Virus record (IMG/VR): IMGVR_UViG_3300032247_000140
Location: 1 to 37,549 of that record
Source of the DNA: a virus
Taxonomy: Duplodnaviria; Caudoviricetes
Strand: one strand, 5' to 3'
DNA length: 37,549 nucleotides
Made by a program: the position numbers and the translations under genes
The notes under the pieces: generated by a model
Seen by the model: only the letters and a program-made list of their open reading frames with translations
Database searches by the model: none
What the model was told of the DNA's origin: nothing
Shown: one piece after another, positions 18,244-27,104 of the stretch
How positions within the stretch are numbered: position 1 is the stretch's first letter
How the letters are laid out: every line of letters starts with the position of its first letter

Positions 18244-19796
18244 AGACCTAACTCCTGTTTGTACAACTCAACCAAACTTTCGTGCATGTTGACCTTGCCT
18301 TGGAGCATGTGATAGATCTTTCTTTCAGCCTCCGACCCTTGCAGGTGTACGACTGTCATACTGTTCTTCTGCCCGACACGATCAATACGCGCTATGCATT
18401 GCAGATAGGTTTCCACAGACATGACTGGCGACCAAAACACAACTGTGTCGGCAGCAGTCAACGTCACCCCATGCGATGCGGCTTGCGGTTGAATAATTAA
18501 GACTCGTGGATTTGTTTGTGTCTGAAACCGATTGATGATCTCAGAACGTTCCCTAGCTGGGACAGCACCGTTTATTACTTCATTGACTACTCCCTGTTGA
18601 TTTAAAAATTTACCTACTAACTGAATGGTGTGCGTGTAAGGCACGAAAACTATGACCTTGTGTTGTGTCTCGTCTAGCACTTCCATTAGCGCATTGAGAC
18701 GGGGCGACACGTCAAACTCAACGACCTCTTTTGTGTCGGTGTACATTGCACCGCCAGAGATCTGCAACAACTTACTCAGCATCGCTGCCGCGTTTACCGC
18801 GCTGATCTGCTCACCAGCTGCCGTGATTAGCATCTCTTTCTTGAGCGCCCTGTAATACTTGTCTACTTGATAGGTCAGTGGTACTTCACGAGTCTGATAT
18901 ACCAAGTCAGGTAAGTCAAGGCAGTCAGCCTTCTCAAATCGGATGGCGGGTTGCAAGGCGTTGAAGACAGAAGTCTTGCTTGTATCTTTTGGAATCCATT
19001 TGAAGCGGGTGATTTGTTGCATGACTTTGTCACGCCACGCGCCATAAAACCTAGGCACGCCAGACGGGTTAACCAACTTGGCAAGACCGAACGCATCTAG
19101 TGGAGACTGCGATGCAGGTGTGCCCGTCATCATCCAAAGACGGGTTGAAGGGGTGATCAATTTAGCCAATGTTTTCCAGCGTTTCGTAGAAACAGTTTTA
19201 TATGCATTAGCCTCGTCAATAACAATTAGGTCAAACCCTGCTTTACTTATTTCTTCTTCAACTGTGGCTACGCCATCGAAGTTGATGATCACAAACTCAT
19301 ACTCTCCGTTAATAACCTTCTTACGCTTGTTGCTGTCTCCGTGAGCTACAGCAACGGTTCGGTGCATGGCTGTCTTAAAGATGTCGGCCTGCCACGCTGA
19401 ATACATAATCGAGAGCGGGCAGATGACTAGGACTCGTTTGATTAGCCCCTTGTTCATCATGTAGTCGGCTGCCCATATTGCAGAGGATGTCTTACCCGTG
19501 CCAGCCTCATTGAAGCAGAAGCACCGGTCGCGTAGCACTAGGTATGAGGCAGTAATCCTCTGGTGGACGAATGGCGTATAGAGGCCGGGCCAGTCGTATT
19601 CTTTATCCATCGGGCTAGGGGCATCGCCATACAAACGAACAAGTCGTTGCATCTCGGGTAAACCCCAATAAACCATGATGCTTGCATCGAAGCCGTTGTC
19701 GCTAAGTACCTCGACTCGATCTATGAATCCAAGGATGTGTTGCAAATCCTTAGATGGAACTACCATGTGGACTGCTGTGTCCTGTACAACTTTCAT
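18240..19796 (-). CDS. SNF2-family (SF2) helicase
   Basis: NEAGTGKT (I), LIVIDEA (II), MTGTP (III), HGVTLT (V), QCIARIDRVGQ (VI). Confidence 0.92.
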   Translation of the reverse strand: MKVVQDTAVHMVVPSKDLQHILGFIDRVEVLSDNGFDASIMVYWGLPEMQRLVRLYGDAPSPMDKEYDWPGLYTPFVHQRITASYLVLRDRCFCFNEAGTGKTSSAIWAADYMMNKGLIKRVLVICPLSIMYSAWQADIFKTAMHRTVAVAHGDSNKRKKVINGEYEFVIINFDGVATVEEEISKAGFDLIVIDEANAYKTVSTKRWKTLAKLITPSTRLWMMTGTPASQSPLDAFGLAKLVNPSGVPRFYGAWRDKVMQQITRFKWIPKDTSKTSVFNALQPAIRFEKADCLDLPDLVYQTREVPLTYQVDKYYRALKKEMLITAAGEQISAVNAAAMLSKLLQISGGAMYTDTKEVVEFDVSPRLNALMEVLDETQHKVIVFVPYTHTIQLVGKFLNQQGVVNEVINGAVPARERSEIINRFQTQTNPRVLIIQPQAASHGVTLTAADTVVFWSPVMSVETYLQCIARIDRVGQKNSMTVVHLQGSEAERKIYHMLQGKVNMHESLVELYKQELGL

Positions 19797-19821
19797 TACT
19801 GTCCTTTACTGAATTAAAACG

Positions 19822-19962
19822 TAGCCCCTTACGGGGGCTAGTCGATCAAGCCTGTCGTGCCAAGGGAGATTGACATCTAGGAAGCACCGCTTGATTGACA
19901 TGGTTATTTGGGGGAAAACAACTAGGAACCCCGCGTTGCTCACTGCATGCCTAACAGCAACG
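19822..19962. ncRNA. Putative structured RNA between the HNH and helicase genes
   Basis: Consecutive stems TAGCCCC/GGGGCTA (19822-40), GTCGATCAAGC/GCTTGATTGAC (19841-99), GGGG/CCCC (19911-32), CGTTGCT/AGCAACG (19934-62). Confidence 0.45.
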
Positions 19963-19963
19963 A

Positions 19964-20272
19964 CTACTTCCTGCGTTCTTTCTTGCTGGTCTCGGACACC
20001 AAGTTACCCTTGGAGTCTCGTCTAAATGAGCGATTTTTAGCCGCTGATTCAATCCGCAATCCGTCTTTGTTTGAACCACCTTTGTCAAGGGCAACCACAT
20101 GCGCAACGTCCTTGCCTTTTCGGGCAGGAGATTCTTTAGTCACAGTGCCCGTATCGCGTTTGTCTATAGCGCGACGACCGCGCTGACGTTCCATGCGACG
20201 CTCGTGTTCACCACGGGCTTTCTGTTGTTCATACTCTTTAGCGTAGGGTCTAGGTTTGTTTACGTAGGGCAT
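19964..20272 (-). CDS. Small HNH endonuclease-like protein
   Basis: Likely start MPYVNKPRPY at 20272; GKDVAHVVALDKGGSNKDGLRIESAAKNRS matches the HNH pattern. Confidence 0.75.
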   Translation of the reverse strand: MPYVNKPRPYAKEYEQQKARGEHERRMERQRGRRAIDKRDTGTVTKESPARKGKDVAHVVALDKGGSNKDGLRIESAAKNRSFRRDSKGNLVSETSKKERRK

Positions 20273-20274
20273 AT

Positions 20275-20934
20275 TCACCTTCTGACTTTGTGAAATTCGC
20301 AGGTGGTGACGGGACACCAACCGCAAAGGGGGGTTCTGTTTGGATTCCAAACACCCGTCTCGAATGAGGTTTCTAACTGTATCAGAGCGGGTACAAACGC
20401 GCCCCATAAATCATCGATCTGACTGCGGGTGTATTCCTCATCCATGAAGCTGTTATGCACAATGAATAGGAGTCCCGCCTTGATACGCTTGACCTCGGGG
20501 AAGTGAGCAAAAGTCATGAGCGCCATCAGCTTTAACTGTTTTGGGTCAGGGTACTTGTTGCTACCTGTCTTGTAGTCAACGATGTAGGCGGTATCGCCAT
20601 CCACAATCAGTAAGTCTACGATGCCACGCACATAGCGTTCGGGGTTGTCAAACGCACAGGCAGAGCCGTCACGATACAAGCCCATCTCATGTTCGGGATA
20701 GCGTGTGCCATCGATCTCCAAGAGCGAGTCCAAGATCGGCTGAAAGTGTTGATAGTTCTTGGCAAGTGGTATGCCTTCACCAACATAATCTTCGCAAGCC
20801 TTATGCACCTCAGTGCCATAGGTCATCTGCTGTGTGACTTTCTTCTCATACCGCTTCAGCACCTTGACTTCGTGGTACTGCCGTGGGCAGTTGACGTACT
20901 CTTTGAGAGCGGAGAACGACCAAGTAAAACTCAT
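20275..20934 (-). CDS. PD-(D/E)XK Cas4/RecB-like exonuclease
   Basis: SFS..NCPR, GTEVH, GIVDL..IVDYKTG..QL; C-terminal CGWCPVTTC (four-Cys Fe-S pattern). Confidence 0.88.
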   Translation of the reverse strand: MSFTWSFSALKEYVNCPRQYHEVKVLKRYEKKVTQQMTYGTEVHKACEDYVGEGIPLAKNYQHFQPILDSLLEIDGTRYPEHEMGLYRDGSACAFDNPERYVRGIVDLLIVDGDTAYIVDYKTGSNKYPDPKQLKLMALMTFAHFPEVKRIKAGLLFIVHNSFMDEEYTRSQIDDLWGAFVPALIQLETSFETGVWNPNRTPLCGWCPVTTCEFHKVRR

Positions 20935-21270
20935 TTATTTTCCAAAGATGTTGCTATGCCACATCGAGACTGATGGCATATGGTTATGTGATTTAGTTGG
21001 TGTTGTGTATCCCACATGTGTTACCCAGCCAAGAGTCTTTAATACGCGAACACCTGATACCCAAACATTTGGATGCAAGGTCTTTGGTCTAAACAACATC
21101 TTGTTGGCGCAGTATTCACGAAACTCATCGCCAAGCACTACAGGCTTTTGTGCGAGTAATTCTTCAGCGAGTTCAAGATAGCGTTCAACAAAAGCGGGCT
21201 CTACTTTGTACGCCTTCTCCCAGCATTTGTCTGCTAGTTCTAAAGCGTTTTCCATTCTAGTGCTTATCAT
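20935..21270 (-). CDS. Hypothetical phage protein
   Basis: 111 aa, coupled to neighbours; HPNVW..G motif. Confidence 0.7.
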   Translation of the reverse strand: MISTRMENALELADKCWEKAYKVEPAFVERYLELAEELLAQKPVVLGDEFREYCANKMLFRPKTLHPNVWVSGVRVLKTLGWVTHVGYTTPTKSHNHMPSVSMWHSNIFGK

Positions 21271-21482
21271 GTGTTTCTATCCTTTAATGCTTGTTCAATC
21301 GCTCTGGCAAATGCAATCTGTCCGTCAGGCATAGACCCACCACCGTGTGTTCTTTTAGTCTCTGCAAAAATATCTAGGATTACTACTGTGGGCAACCCAA
21401 CCCAAGGTTTCTTGTAGTCTTGAATGTCATCATCATCTTCTACTCTGCGGTGTGGCACTGATATGCCGATTGGTCTAGTCAT
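21267..21482 (-). CDS. Hypothetical phage protein (PWVGL...FARAIE motif)
   Basis: ATGA overlaps at both ends. Confidence 0.7.
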   Translation of the reverse strand: MTRPIGISVPHRRVEDDDDIQDYKKPWVGLPTVVILDIFAETKRTHGGGSMPDGQIAFARAIEQALKDRNT

Positions 21483-21724
21483 GCTTGTCCCCTTGCTCTG
21501 ATTGCTTTGGCGTATCCATCAAGTATTGTTGCTGTGTAATTTTGAAGCCATACATCGCTTTTAAGTCCACCCAAATCTGTTCTCTCAAGCAACTTTGCAC
21601 ACGCCTCACGCTCCTCCAACACAGGCTCACGCTCAGGCAACGGATGCCCCGCTAATCTGTATGCTTCATCACGCCATAGTTGTGCGCGTTGTTTGTGGTA
21701 TTCACAGGTAGGGCATTCGTTCAT
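21479..21724 (-). CDS. Hypothetical phage protein (CxxC; EREACA...AIRARG motif)
   Basis: ATGA overlaps at both ends. Confidence 0.7.
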   Translation of the reverse strand: MNECPTCEYHKQRAQLWRDEAYRLAGHPLPEREPVLEEREACAKLLERTDLGGLKSDVWLQNYTATILDGYAKAIRARGQA

Positions 21725-21960
21725 ACCTTGCCTTCCAGTTCTGTTATGCGAGCATTTAGAACGCGCACCAACTCAGTCAAGATTTCTACCTCTGCTGTAA
21801 GTGCGTGAATGATGTGCTTCGGGTTATGATCTGCTTTCTCGTATACGCCATCATATAAATTAAGGCGTCTGTTCTCGTCATGCAAGGCTTGCAGTACCGC
21901 TTCTTTGCGTTGCTTGGCTTGCCGTTCAATGTCGTTGAATGCTTCATCTTCAGGTGTCAT
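21721..21960 (-). CDS. Hypothetical coiled-coil phage protein
   Basis: SD AAGGA upstream; stop overlaps the next start. Confidence 0.7.
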   Translation of the reverse strand: MTPEDEAFNDIERQAKQRKEAVLQALHDENRRLNLYDGVYEKADHNPKHIIHALTAEVEILTELVRVLNARITELEGKV

Positions 21961-21975
21961 TTGTCAATTCCTTCT

Positions 21976-23859
21976 TTACTTATACTCTACCATATCGCCA
22001 TAACTTTCGCCATACTGCGCTTCACAAGTCACGGGTAAACCCTTAGCCCAGTCAGGCGCCCAATTCATGCACTCGACGATATATGCGAGTGCGCTATTTA
22101 GTTCCGCCTCTTTAACGACAACAACCGCAGCGTCATGCACCGTGAGGGCGACGCGATACTTCTCCTGTATCTTGAGCATCTGTTGCCCAACGACAATCCG
22201 CGCCAAGGCTTGAACTACGTTTTCAACTAGCGATCCGCCCCATAGACCGACAGGGCCCTTACGTGACTGATATTCGTATCGGGATTTAGATTCTTCAGTA
22301 TTAAGATGTAGCTTGGGGTAACGAATCATTAGCCCATTCGGTAGTCGCATGCCGTCTTTTGTAACCATCACGCATCTGTGCTGACCATAGTAATAAGCCT
22401 TGAGCCTGCCCCAATCAGCAAGGTCTCTGATTGCATCATCACCTTCACGCCACAACTCGATGATCTTGTCGTTGGCTTCTCGGTATGTATTAACAAACTC
22501 TTTAGCCTCGTCTTCAGTAACGATCGCGCCGGGGGGACTTGTCTTGAGCGTGTGTTGAAGTTTTAACGCACCAGTCCCATAGCCTAAACCCAGAATACAG
22601 GTTTTGCCAACGAAGCGTTCCACTGGATTAGCCTTCGTGATGGGCTTGCCATATATCTTGGTTGCGAAGAGCGAATAAACATCTTCTCCCTTTGCGAACT
22701 GCTCGACCACATCATTCTGTCCTGCCAACCATGCGAGGACACGCGCCTCGATTTGAGACGAGTCGCAGTTGATAACGAAGTGACCATCGGGCGCAACCAC
22801 CGCGTTCTTGAGTGCCTTTTTCTTTTTATCTCGACTTGGGAGATTTTGGAAATTGACTTTATCAGAGCCTGCCCATCTGCCTGTGTGAGCGCCATAGTAT
22901 TTGAGTGGGATGGGTAGCTTGCCTTTATTACGCTTGCCAATATCGATGAATCTCTCAATCCTTGATTCTTCGATGGTTGACTTAGTCCCAAGACGCACCG
23001 CGCAGAGTTGCTGTATGAAAACATTATCCGCCTCCATAAGCGCCAAGAAGCCCTCATCGTTTTTAGCCAGCGCATAGGTTTCCTTTCCAGTTGTTTTGCT
23101 TGTCTTCATCGGCACAGGGATGCCGTGTTCTGTTAGTAGTCCTGCAAACTGTTTGTTGCTTGCAAGTTTTTTTCTAACCTGCTCTGCTGTCTCGCAGTTG
23201 AGTTTCTCCATCAAGCCTTCGAGCAAAGCGTTCTTCTCTTCGCGTAGTTCGTCGCCACGTTCTTGTAGGAGGGCGTCGTCCACATGGAACACAGGCTCGG
23301 TGAACATGCGCAATGTCATATCTATAAGAGATAACTCATCGTCAGGGGTCGCGCTCGACAATCTTTGGAAAAGCTTAAATGTGAGTGCCACGTCATTCTT
23401 GCAATACTCACCATAGCGTGCCAACTCTTCCCTCGTGAAGTCTAGCCGTTGCTTGCCTTCCGCAGATATAACTTCATCGCCTTTTTTACCGAGGTTATAT
23501 TGCTCTGCCAATTTAGCCAACGAACCACCAACCTCCACGCCATGAATCGCACGCGCCATGCATAGCGTATCGAACATAAACTTCGGCTTGATGCCAAACA
23601 ACCAAGTAAGAATACATCCATCGAAGAGCGTGTTGTGACATAGAAGCGCAGATCCCGGGATATCTAAGCGCTCGAGGTAATCTAAGATTTCCTTACGCGA
23701 GCCCGAGAACCACTCCGCTGCGCCACCGTCTATCTGAACGCCAACGCCTATGACTTCAAAGCGCTTGTCACGCACATACTCTTCAGTAGTCTGATGCTTG
23801 AAACCAAGTTTGATCTTGGAGTCGTAGTAGGTCTCAAAGTCGAGAGTAATTAAACTCAT
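21976..23859 (-). CDS. polA: Family A DNA polymerase with 3'-5' exonuclease
   Basis: Start MSLITLDFETYY at 23859; ExoII HNTLFD; ExoIII YCKND; TGRW..NFQNLP; motif A DSSQIEAR; motif B RFVGKTCILGLGYG; motif C TVHDA. Confidence 0.95.
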   Translation of the reverse strand: MSLITLDFETYYDSKIKLGFKHQTTEEYVRDKRFEVIGVGVQIDGGAAEWFSGSRKEILDYLERLDIPGSALLCHNTLFDGCILTWLFGIKPKFMFDTLCMARAIHGVEVGGSLAKLAEQYNLGKKGDEVISAEGKQRLDFTREELARYGEYCKNDVALTFKLFQRLSSATPDDELSLIDMTLRMFTEPVFHVDDALLQERGDELREEKNALLEGLMEKLNCETAEQVRKKLASNKQFAGLLTEHGIPVPMKTSKTTGKETYALAKNDEGFLALMEADNVFIQQLCAVRLGTKSTIEESRIERFIDIGKRNKGKLPIPLKYYGAHTGRWAGSDKVNFQNLPSRDKKKKALKNAVVAPDGHFVINCDSSQIEARVLAWLAGQNDVVEQFAKGEDVYSLFATKIYGKPITKANPVERFVGKTCILGLGYGTGALKLQHTLKTSPPGAIVTEDEAKEFVNTYREANDKIIELWREGDDAIRDLADWGRLKAYYYGQHRCVMVTKDGMRLPNGLMIRYPKLHLNTEESKSRYEYQSRKGPVGLWGGSLVENVVQALARIVVGQQMLKIQEKYRVALTVHDAAVVVVKEAELNSALAYIVECMNWAPDWAKGLPVTCEAQYGESYGDMVEYK

Positions 23860-24068
23860 TCTTCTCTTGCTTTCATCATTGCGTCTGCCATTGCGTAGCA
23901 AGATTCAGCAATTTCATCTGATGGGGGTTTATCACCTTTAGAAAATACGATGCCCATCTCTACACTTGACATGACCCCCTGCAATACCTTGCCTGCAAAG
24001 TAATCACGCAAGGTCATACCTCGATGAGACAAAAAATTCTCGTGCGGAAATGCTGATATATTTTTCAT
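23856..24068 (-). CDS. Conserved phage protein (GMTLRDYFA family)
   Basis: AFP...GMTLRDYFAGKVLQG...CYAMADAMMKAR. Confidence 0.8.
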   Translation of the reverse strand: MKNISAFPHENFLSHRGMTLRDYFAGKVLQGVMSSVEMGIVFSKGDKPPSDEIAESCYAMADAMMKAREE

Positions 24069-24101
24069 AGTGGTGCGTCCTCGTATTGCTGTGTTTGTTT
24101 C

Positions 24102-24347
24102 TTAGTAGATGCGCGCATTACTTTTTCTAACACGCGGGGGTCTACGCGTTTGAATGGATTCCAATCGTTTGCGGATATTTTCAAGATGAGTTCTGCGTTC
24201 GTAGTCAATCGCTTCTTGCGGGATGACAAGTTCTTGGGTTGTAAATCGGTGTTCGTTTGCACATTCTCTCCTTCGTATTTGCCCAAATGTGGGCGATTGT
24301 CTTGTTTCTTTCACTAGTGACCATGCACCGCACTCGGGGCATTTCAT
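24102..24347 (-). CDS. NrdR-like zinc-ribbon protein
   Basis: MKCPECG..VKETR..IRRRECANEHRFTTQE; no ATP-cone domain. Confidence 0.75.
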   Translation of the reverse strand: MKCPECGAWSLVKETRQSPTFGQIRRRECANEHRFTTQELVIPQEAIDYERRTHLENIRKRLESIQTRRPPRVRKSNARIY

Positions 24348-24706
24348 ACCGATCTCGCTTGCGCGGGGTTGTATGCGGTGGTTGATATAGTGCCACTACC
24401 TATCGAGGTACTAAACAAATTTCTTGGGTCAGTGAGCCCTGTCGCGTAGCGATCTTTGGCTTGATAGCGAATAGTATTTTCAGCGCTACCCAATGGTTCA
24501 CGCTCGCCTGCTAGTGTTGCAAGAACCTCTCCATTGAAGCAATCAATTTCTGCTCGCTTAAGCGCTTCTTTAAGTGCTTGCTTGTCCTCGTCGGGTAGAC
24601 ACCCTGTCATGTTCATAACTCGCGTCCACTTGGAAGCCAAGCCCTCTACAAATTCTTCGGGGTGAGACGCCATGCGTGCGATCAAAATTTCTGTTCCTGT
24701 TTCCAT
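24344..24706 (-). CDS. Hypothetical phage protein
   Basis: SD AGGAG then METGTEILIARMASHPEEF at 24706; stop overlaps the next start. Confidence 0.7.
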   Translation of the reverse strand: METGTEILIARMASHPEEFVEGLASKWTRVMNMTGCLPDEDKQALKEALKRAEIDCFNGEVLATLAGEREPLGSAENTIRYQAKDRYATGLTDPRNLFSTSIGSGTISTTAYNPAQARSV

Positions 24707-24728
24707 TGTTAAACTCCTAAATTTGCGG

Positions 24729-24776
24729 AACTGGTATCTAACTAGCGTCCCACCCAAAGATGGAAGGCTAGTTAGA
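24729..24776 (-). promoter_or_regulatory. Hairpin followed by the GATACCAGTT motif
   Basis: 10-bp stem TCTAACTAGC/GCTAGTTAGA (24737-46/24767-76) abutting AACTGGTATC (24729-38), the core of the early-region repeats. Confidence 0.5.
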
Positions 24777-24792
24777 AGTTTGAAGGGAGGGT

Positions 24793-25254
24793 TTACTTGG
24801 CTAACTTGGCGATCTCACGATTGAGATACCAGCGTGCCTTGCATAAGTCCTCGTGCTTGTCGCCCTTGTGATCGGCTCGCGTAATGTATTTCACAACATT
24901 GCCCAAGTTGTAGCCCAACTCTTTGGCTTCGATAAAGTCAATCGTCTCCATGCCACCCTTTGTATAGTGGGGCGGGTTGTTGACCATATCGGTGTGATGC
25001 ACTTCAACGATGCGTTCCGATGCGCCTTGCATGCGTTGTTTTGCCTTGCCTGTCGTAGCCATATAAACTAATTGCGCAATGGATTCTGCTTTCGATTGAC
25101 TCGCGGGTGAGTTAGCGATCTTCTTGCGTGCCTTAGTCATCAAGTTGTATGCGTAAGTCTTTGAGACTTTAAACTTCTTGAGGACATCATCCACTTTTGC
25201 TTGTGGGTTGTTCGCCAACAATGTAGCGATCTCGGTTACTTTATTAACTTTCAT
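24793..25254 (-). CDS. DUF3310-domain protein with N-terminal HTH-like region
   Basis: DMVNNPPHY..GMETIDFI..GNVVKYITRA.HKG..EDLCKARWYL; start MKVNK at 25254 after SD AAGGAG. Confidence 0.85.
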   Translation of the reverse strand: MKVNKVTEIATLLANNPQAKVDDVLKKFKVSKTYAYNLMTKARKKIANSPASQSKAESIAQLVYMATTGKAKQRMQGASERIVEVHHTDMVNNPPHYTKGGMETIDFIEAKELGYNLGNVVKYITRADHKGDKHEDLCKARWYLNREIAKLAK

Positions 25255-25453
25255 TTGCCTTCTCCTTTTTGGTTTGGCGTTTAACTGATACGATTCCAAC
25301 CCCATGTTGGTCTCGTGCTTCTTGCATAGCATCTGCGAGTTCGTATGCTAGGGCGGGAATAGTGGGCGGGTGTTCTCCTTTCATAAGTAGCCCAATCATT
25401 GCAAACCCTGCATGTAGATCTCGCAAATTGCTACGATCTTCTTCATCTGTCAT
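25244..25453 (-). CDS. Hypothetical protein, second member of the LRD..A / AY.LADAM family
   Basis: NLRDLHAGFAMIG...AYELADAMQEAR. Confidence 0.7.
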   Translation of the reverse strand: MTDEEDRSNLRDLHAGFAMIGLLMKGEHPPTIPALAYELADAMQEARDQHGVGIVSVKRQTKKEKANES

Positions 25454-25739
25454 ATGACATTTCCTTTATTAATAAATCTAAAAGAGGTAGAGAGTCCTCG
25501 TTGATAACAATCGAGCGCCCACCTGCATTTACGATTTCTTGTAGATTCTTGAGTTGCAGTGCAGTAGCCTTGCCCCTGCCTGCCTTGGCTTCTATCGCCA
25601 AGAACTTTCCTTGATAACAACACAGGAAGTCGGGGACTCCTGCGTCACCATACCCCGCACCATGTGGCATCGCATACCATATTGAATATGATCTAAGAAT
25701 TTTCTTGATCTTCTCTTTGACCTTGACTTCGGGGGTCAT
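25443..25739 (-). CDS. VRR-NUC-like nuclease / putative Holliday junction resolvase
   Basis: TPEVKVK...GVPDFLCC.QGKFLAIEAK....TALQ. Confidence 0.85.
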   Translation of the reverse strand: MTPEVKVKEKIKKILRSYSIWYAMPHGAGYGDAGVPDFLCCYQGKFLAIEAKAGRGKATALQLKNLQEIVNAGGRSIVINEDSLPLLDLLIKEMSYDR

Positions 25740-25840
25740 ATGTCCTCCCTACACATCCATACGATTGCCACACCGACTAGAACAATAATGATTGCGCCCA
25801 GTCCCATCAGTAATACTGTCCATGCAATAGTCTCAAGCAT
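25736..25840 (-). CDS. Small single-pass membrane protein (34 aa, not in the ORF track)
   Basis: MLETIAWTVLLMGLGAIIIVLVGVAIVWMCREDI*; SD AAGGAG; stop overlaps the VRR-NUC start (ATGA). Confidence 0.7.
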   Translation of the reverse strand: MLETIAWTVLLMGLGAIIIVLVGVAIVWMCREDI

Positions 25841-26207
25841 TTTCTTTCTCCTTAGTTAGTGTCCCACCCTTGAGTGAGTTCAAAGTTAAGCGATCTAGTG
25901 CCAAGCAAAACCATGTATCAGATACACGCCAACCTACCATTGATAGTTCGGGCATGCTGACGCTATAAACATCTAATTTTTGTAACCTATGCTCGGGTAT
26001 GAGATTGGGTTGTGGTGACGCAAGAATCATCGCCATCTTTGATTTCAATACATCAGGCAATGTCTTTTCATCGTAGTGGCGCACAAGATCATCAGATACA
26101 AACACGCTGTATTTGTTCTCGAACTTGTGCAAAGGAACTCTAATGAGATTCCAATCCTTCGGATGCACGACAGGGCTCATGTGTCCTAGCATGGTGTCAC
26201 CATCCAC
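25833..26207 (-). CDS. Hypothetical phage protein
   Basis: Open frame tightly packed between neighbours; true start may be 26192. Confidence 0.65.
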   Translation of the reverse strand: MDGDTMLGHMSPVVHPKDWNLIRVPLHKFENKYSVFVSDDLVRHYDEKTLPDVLKSKMAMILASPQPNLIPEHRLQKLDVYSVSMPELSMVGWRVSDTWFCLALDRLTLNSLKGGTLTKEKENA

Positions 26208-27103
26208 GCATGGTCGAACTGCGAGGGACGAGAGTGATAGAAGAACACTGCATCGAGGTTTGGGTCATAGTTGTCCATGATAGGTATGACACCTTGCTTG
26301 TTATGGTTAGAGTTCTCATAGGCTAACTTGGTCATAGTCATCACTGGAATGAACTCCGCAAGTTGCTCGTAACTACTGTATCGTTTGAATGGTTCAACTG
26401 TTTCATAACATAATTTACTTGCATCTGAACTCACTGTTGTTAACTTGAATTTACCGACAAGGTAATGGTTGTTCGTATCAACACCAATCATGTAGAAAGG
26501 GTTAGTAAAAAACCGATTACCTTCTTCGATCTTTGTTTTCTTGATGTTATCAGCGTTCTCAAATTTGTCAAGTATTATTTGACATTTATTTTGGTCTATC
26601 TTCACCCATTCACTATTAGGATTTCTACCTAGTGCCATCAACATCAATGCATGAACTTCATTACCAGTCAACCCATGCTCTTTGTTGTGATCTCCAAGTC
26701 CTCTGCGAAACCTACTTACTGCATCAGTGAGTCTGCGCACATAGCCGTTAGTTGTTTTCTCCACAGAAGGCACTGCTTCCATACGCTTGAGTGTTGCCAT
26801 GAGTGAAGAGATCTTTACGCTACTGACAGTCTCTTTATCCTGATTAGTGCTACCTCGTTGTTTCCTATACCAAGGTGAGCGATAGTTGTATTGGGTGTAG
26901 TCGTGGTCATACCATACTTGGCACACAGCGAAACCATTAGGGTGAGACATCATGTAACTCTCTGATGAACCAACATTCTTATAGATCTTTAGACCATAGG
27001 TAAATTGCAACTCACGCACCAGTGGGAAGATCTTTGAGGCTTTCAACTCCTCATACATCTGCTCACTACCAAACCCTTCAACAAAGTATTTCTCTACTGA
27101 CAT
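26186..27103 (-). CDS. Hypothetical phage protein
   Basis: SD GGAG then MSVEKYF at 27103; about 305 aa. Confidence 0.75.
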   Translation of the reverse strand: MSVEKYFVEGFGSEQMYEELKASKIFPLVRELQFTYGLKIYKNVGSSESYMMSHPNGFAVCQVWYDHDYTQYNYRSPWYRKQRGSTNQDKETVSSVKISSLMATLKRMEAVPSVEKTTNGYVRRLTDAVSRFRRGLGDHNKEHGLTGNEVHALMLMALGRNPNSEWVKIDQNKCQIILDKFENADNIKKTKIEEGNRFFTNPFYMIGVDTNNHYLVGKFKLTTVSSDASKLCYETVEPFKRYSSYEQLAEFIPVMTMTKLAYENSNHNKQGVIPIMDNYDPNLDAVFFYHSRPSQFDHAWMVTPC

Positions 27104-27104
27104 C

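Noticed and set aside
20275-20934. Cas4-like nuclease as evidence of a CRISPR-Cas system
   Set aside because: No cas1/cas2 or repeat-spacer array; stand-alone Cas4-like exonucleases are routine in phage replication modules.
24102-24347. A true nrdR gene
   Set aside because: Only the zinc ribbon is present; there is no ATP-cone and no ribonucleotide reductase genes in the window.
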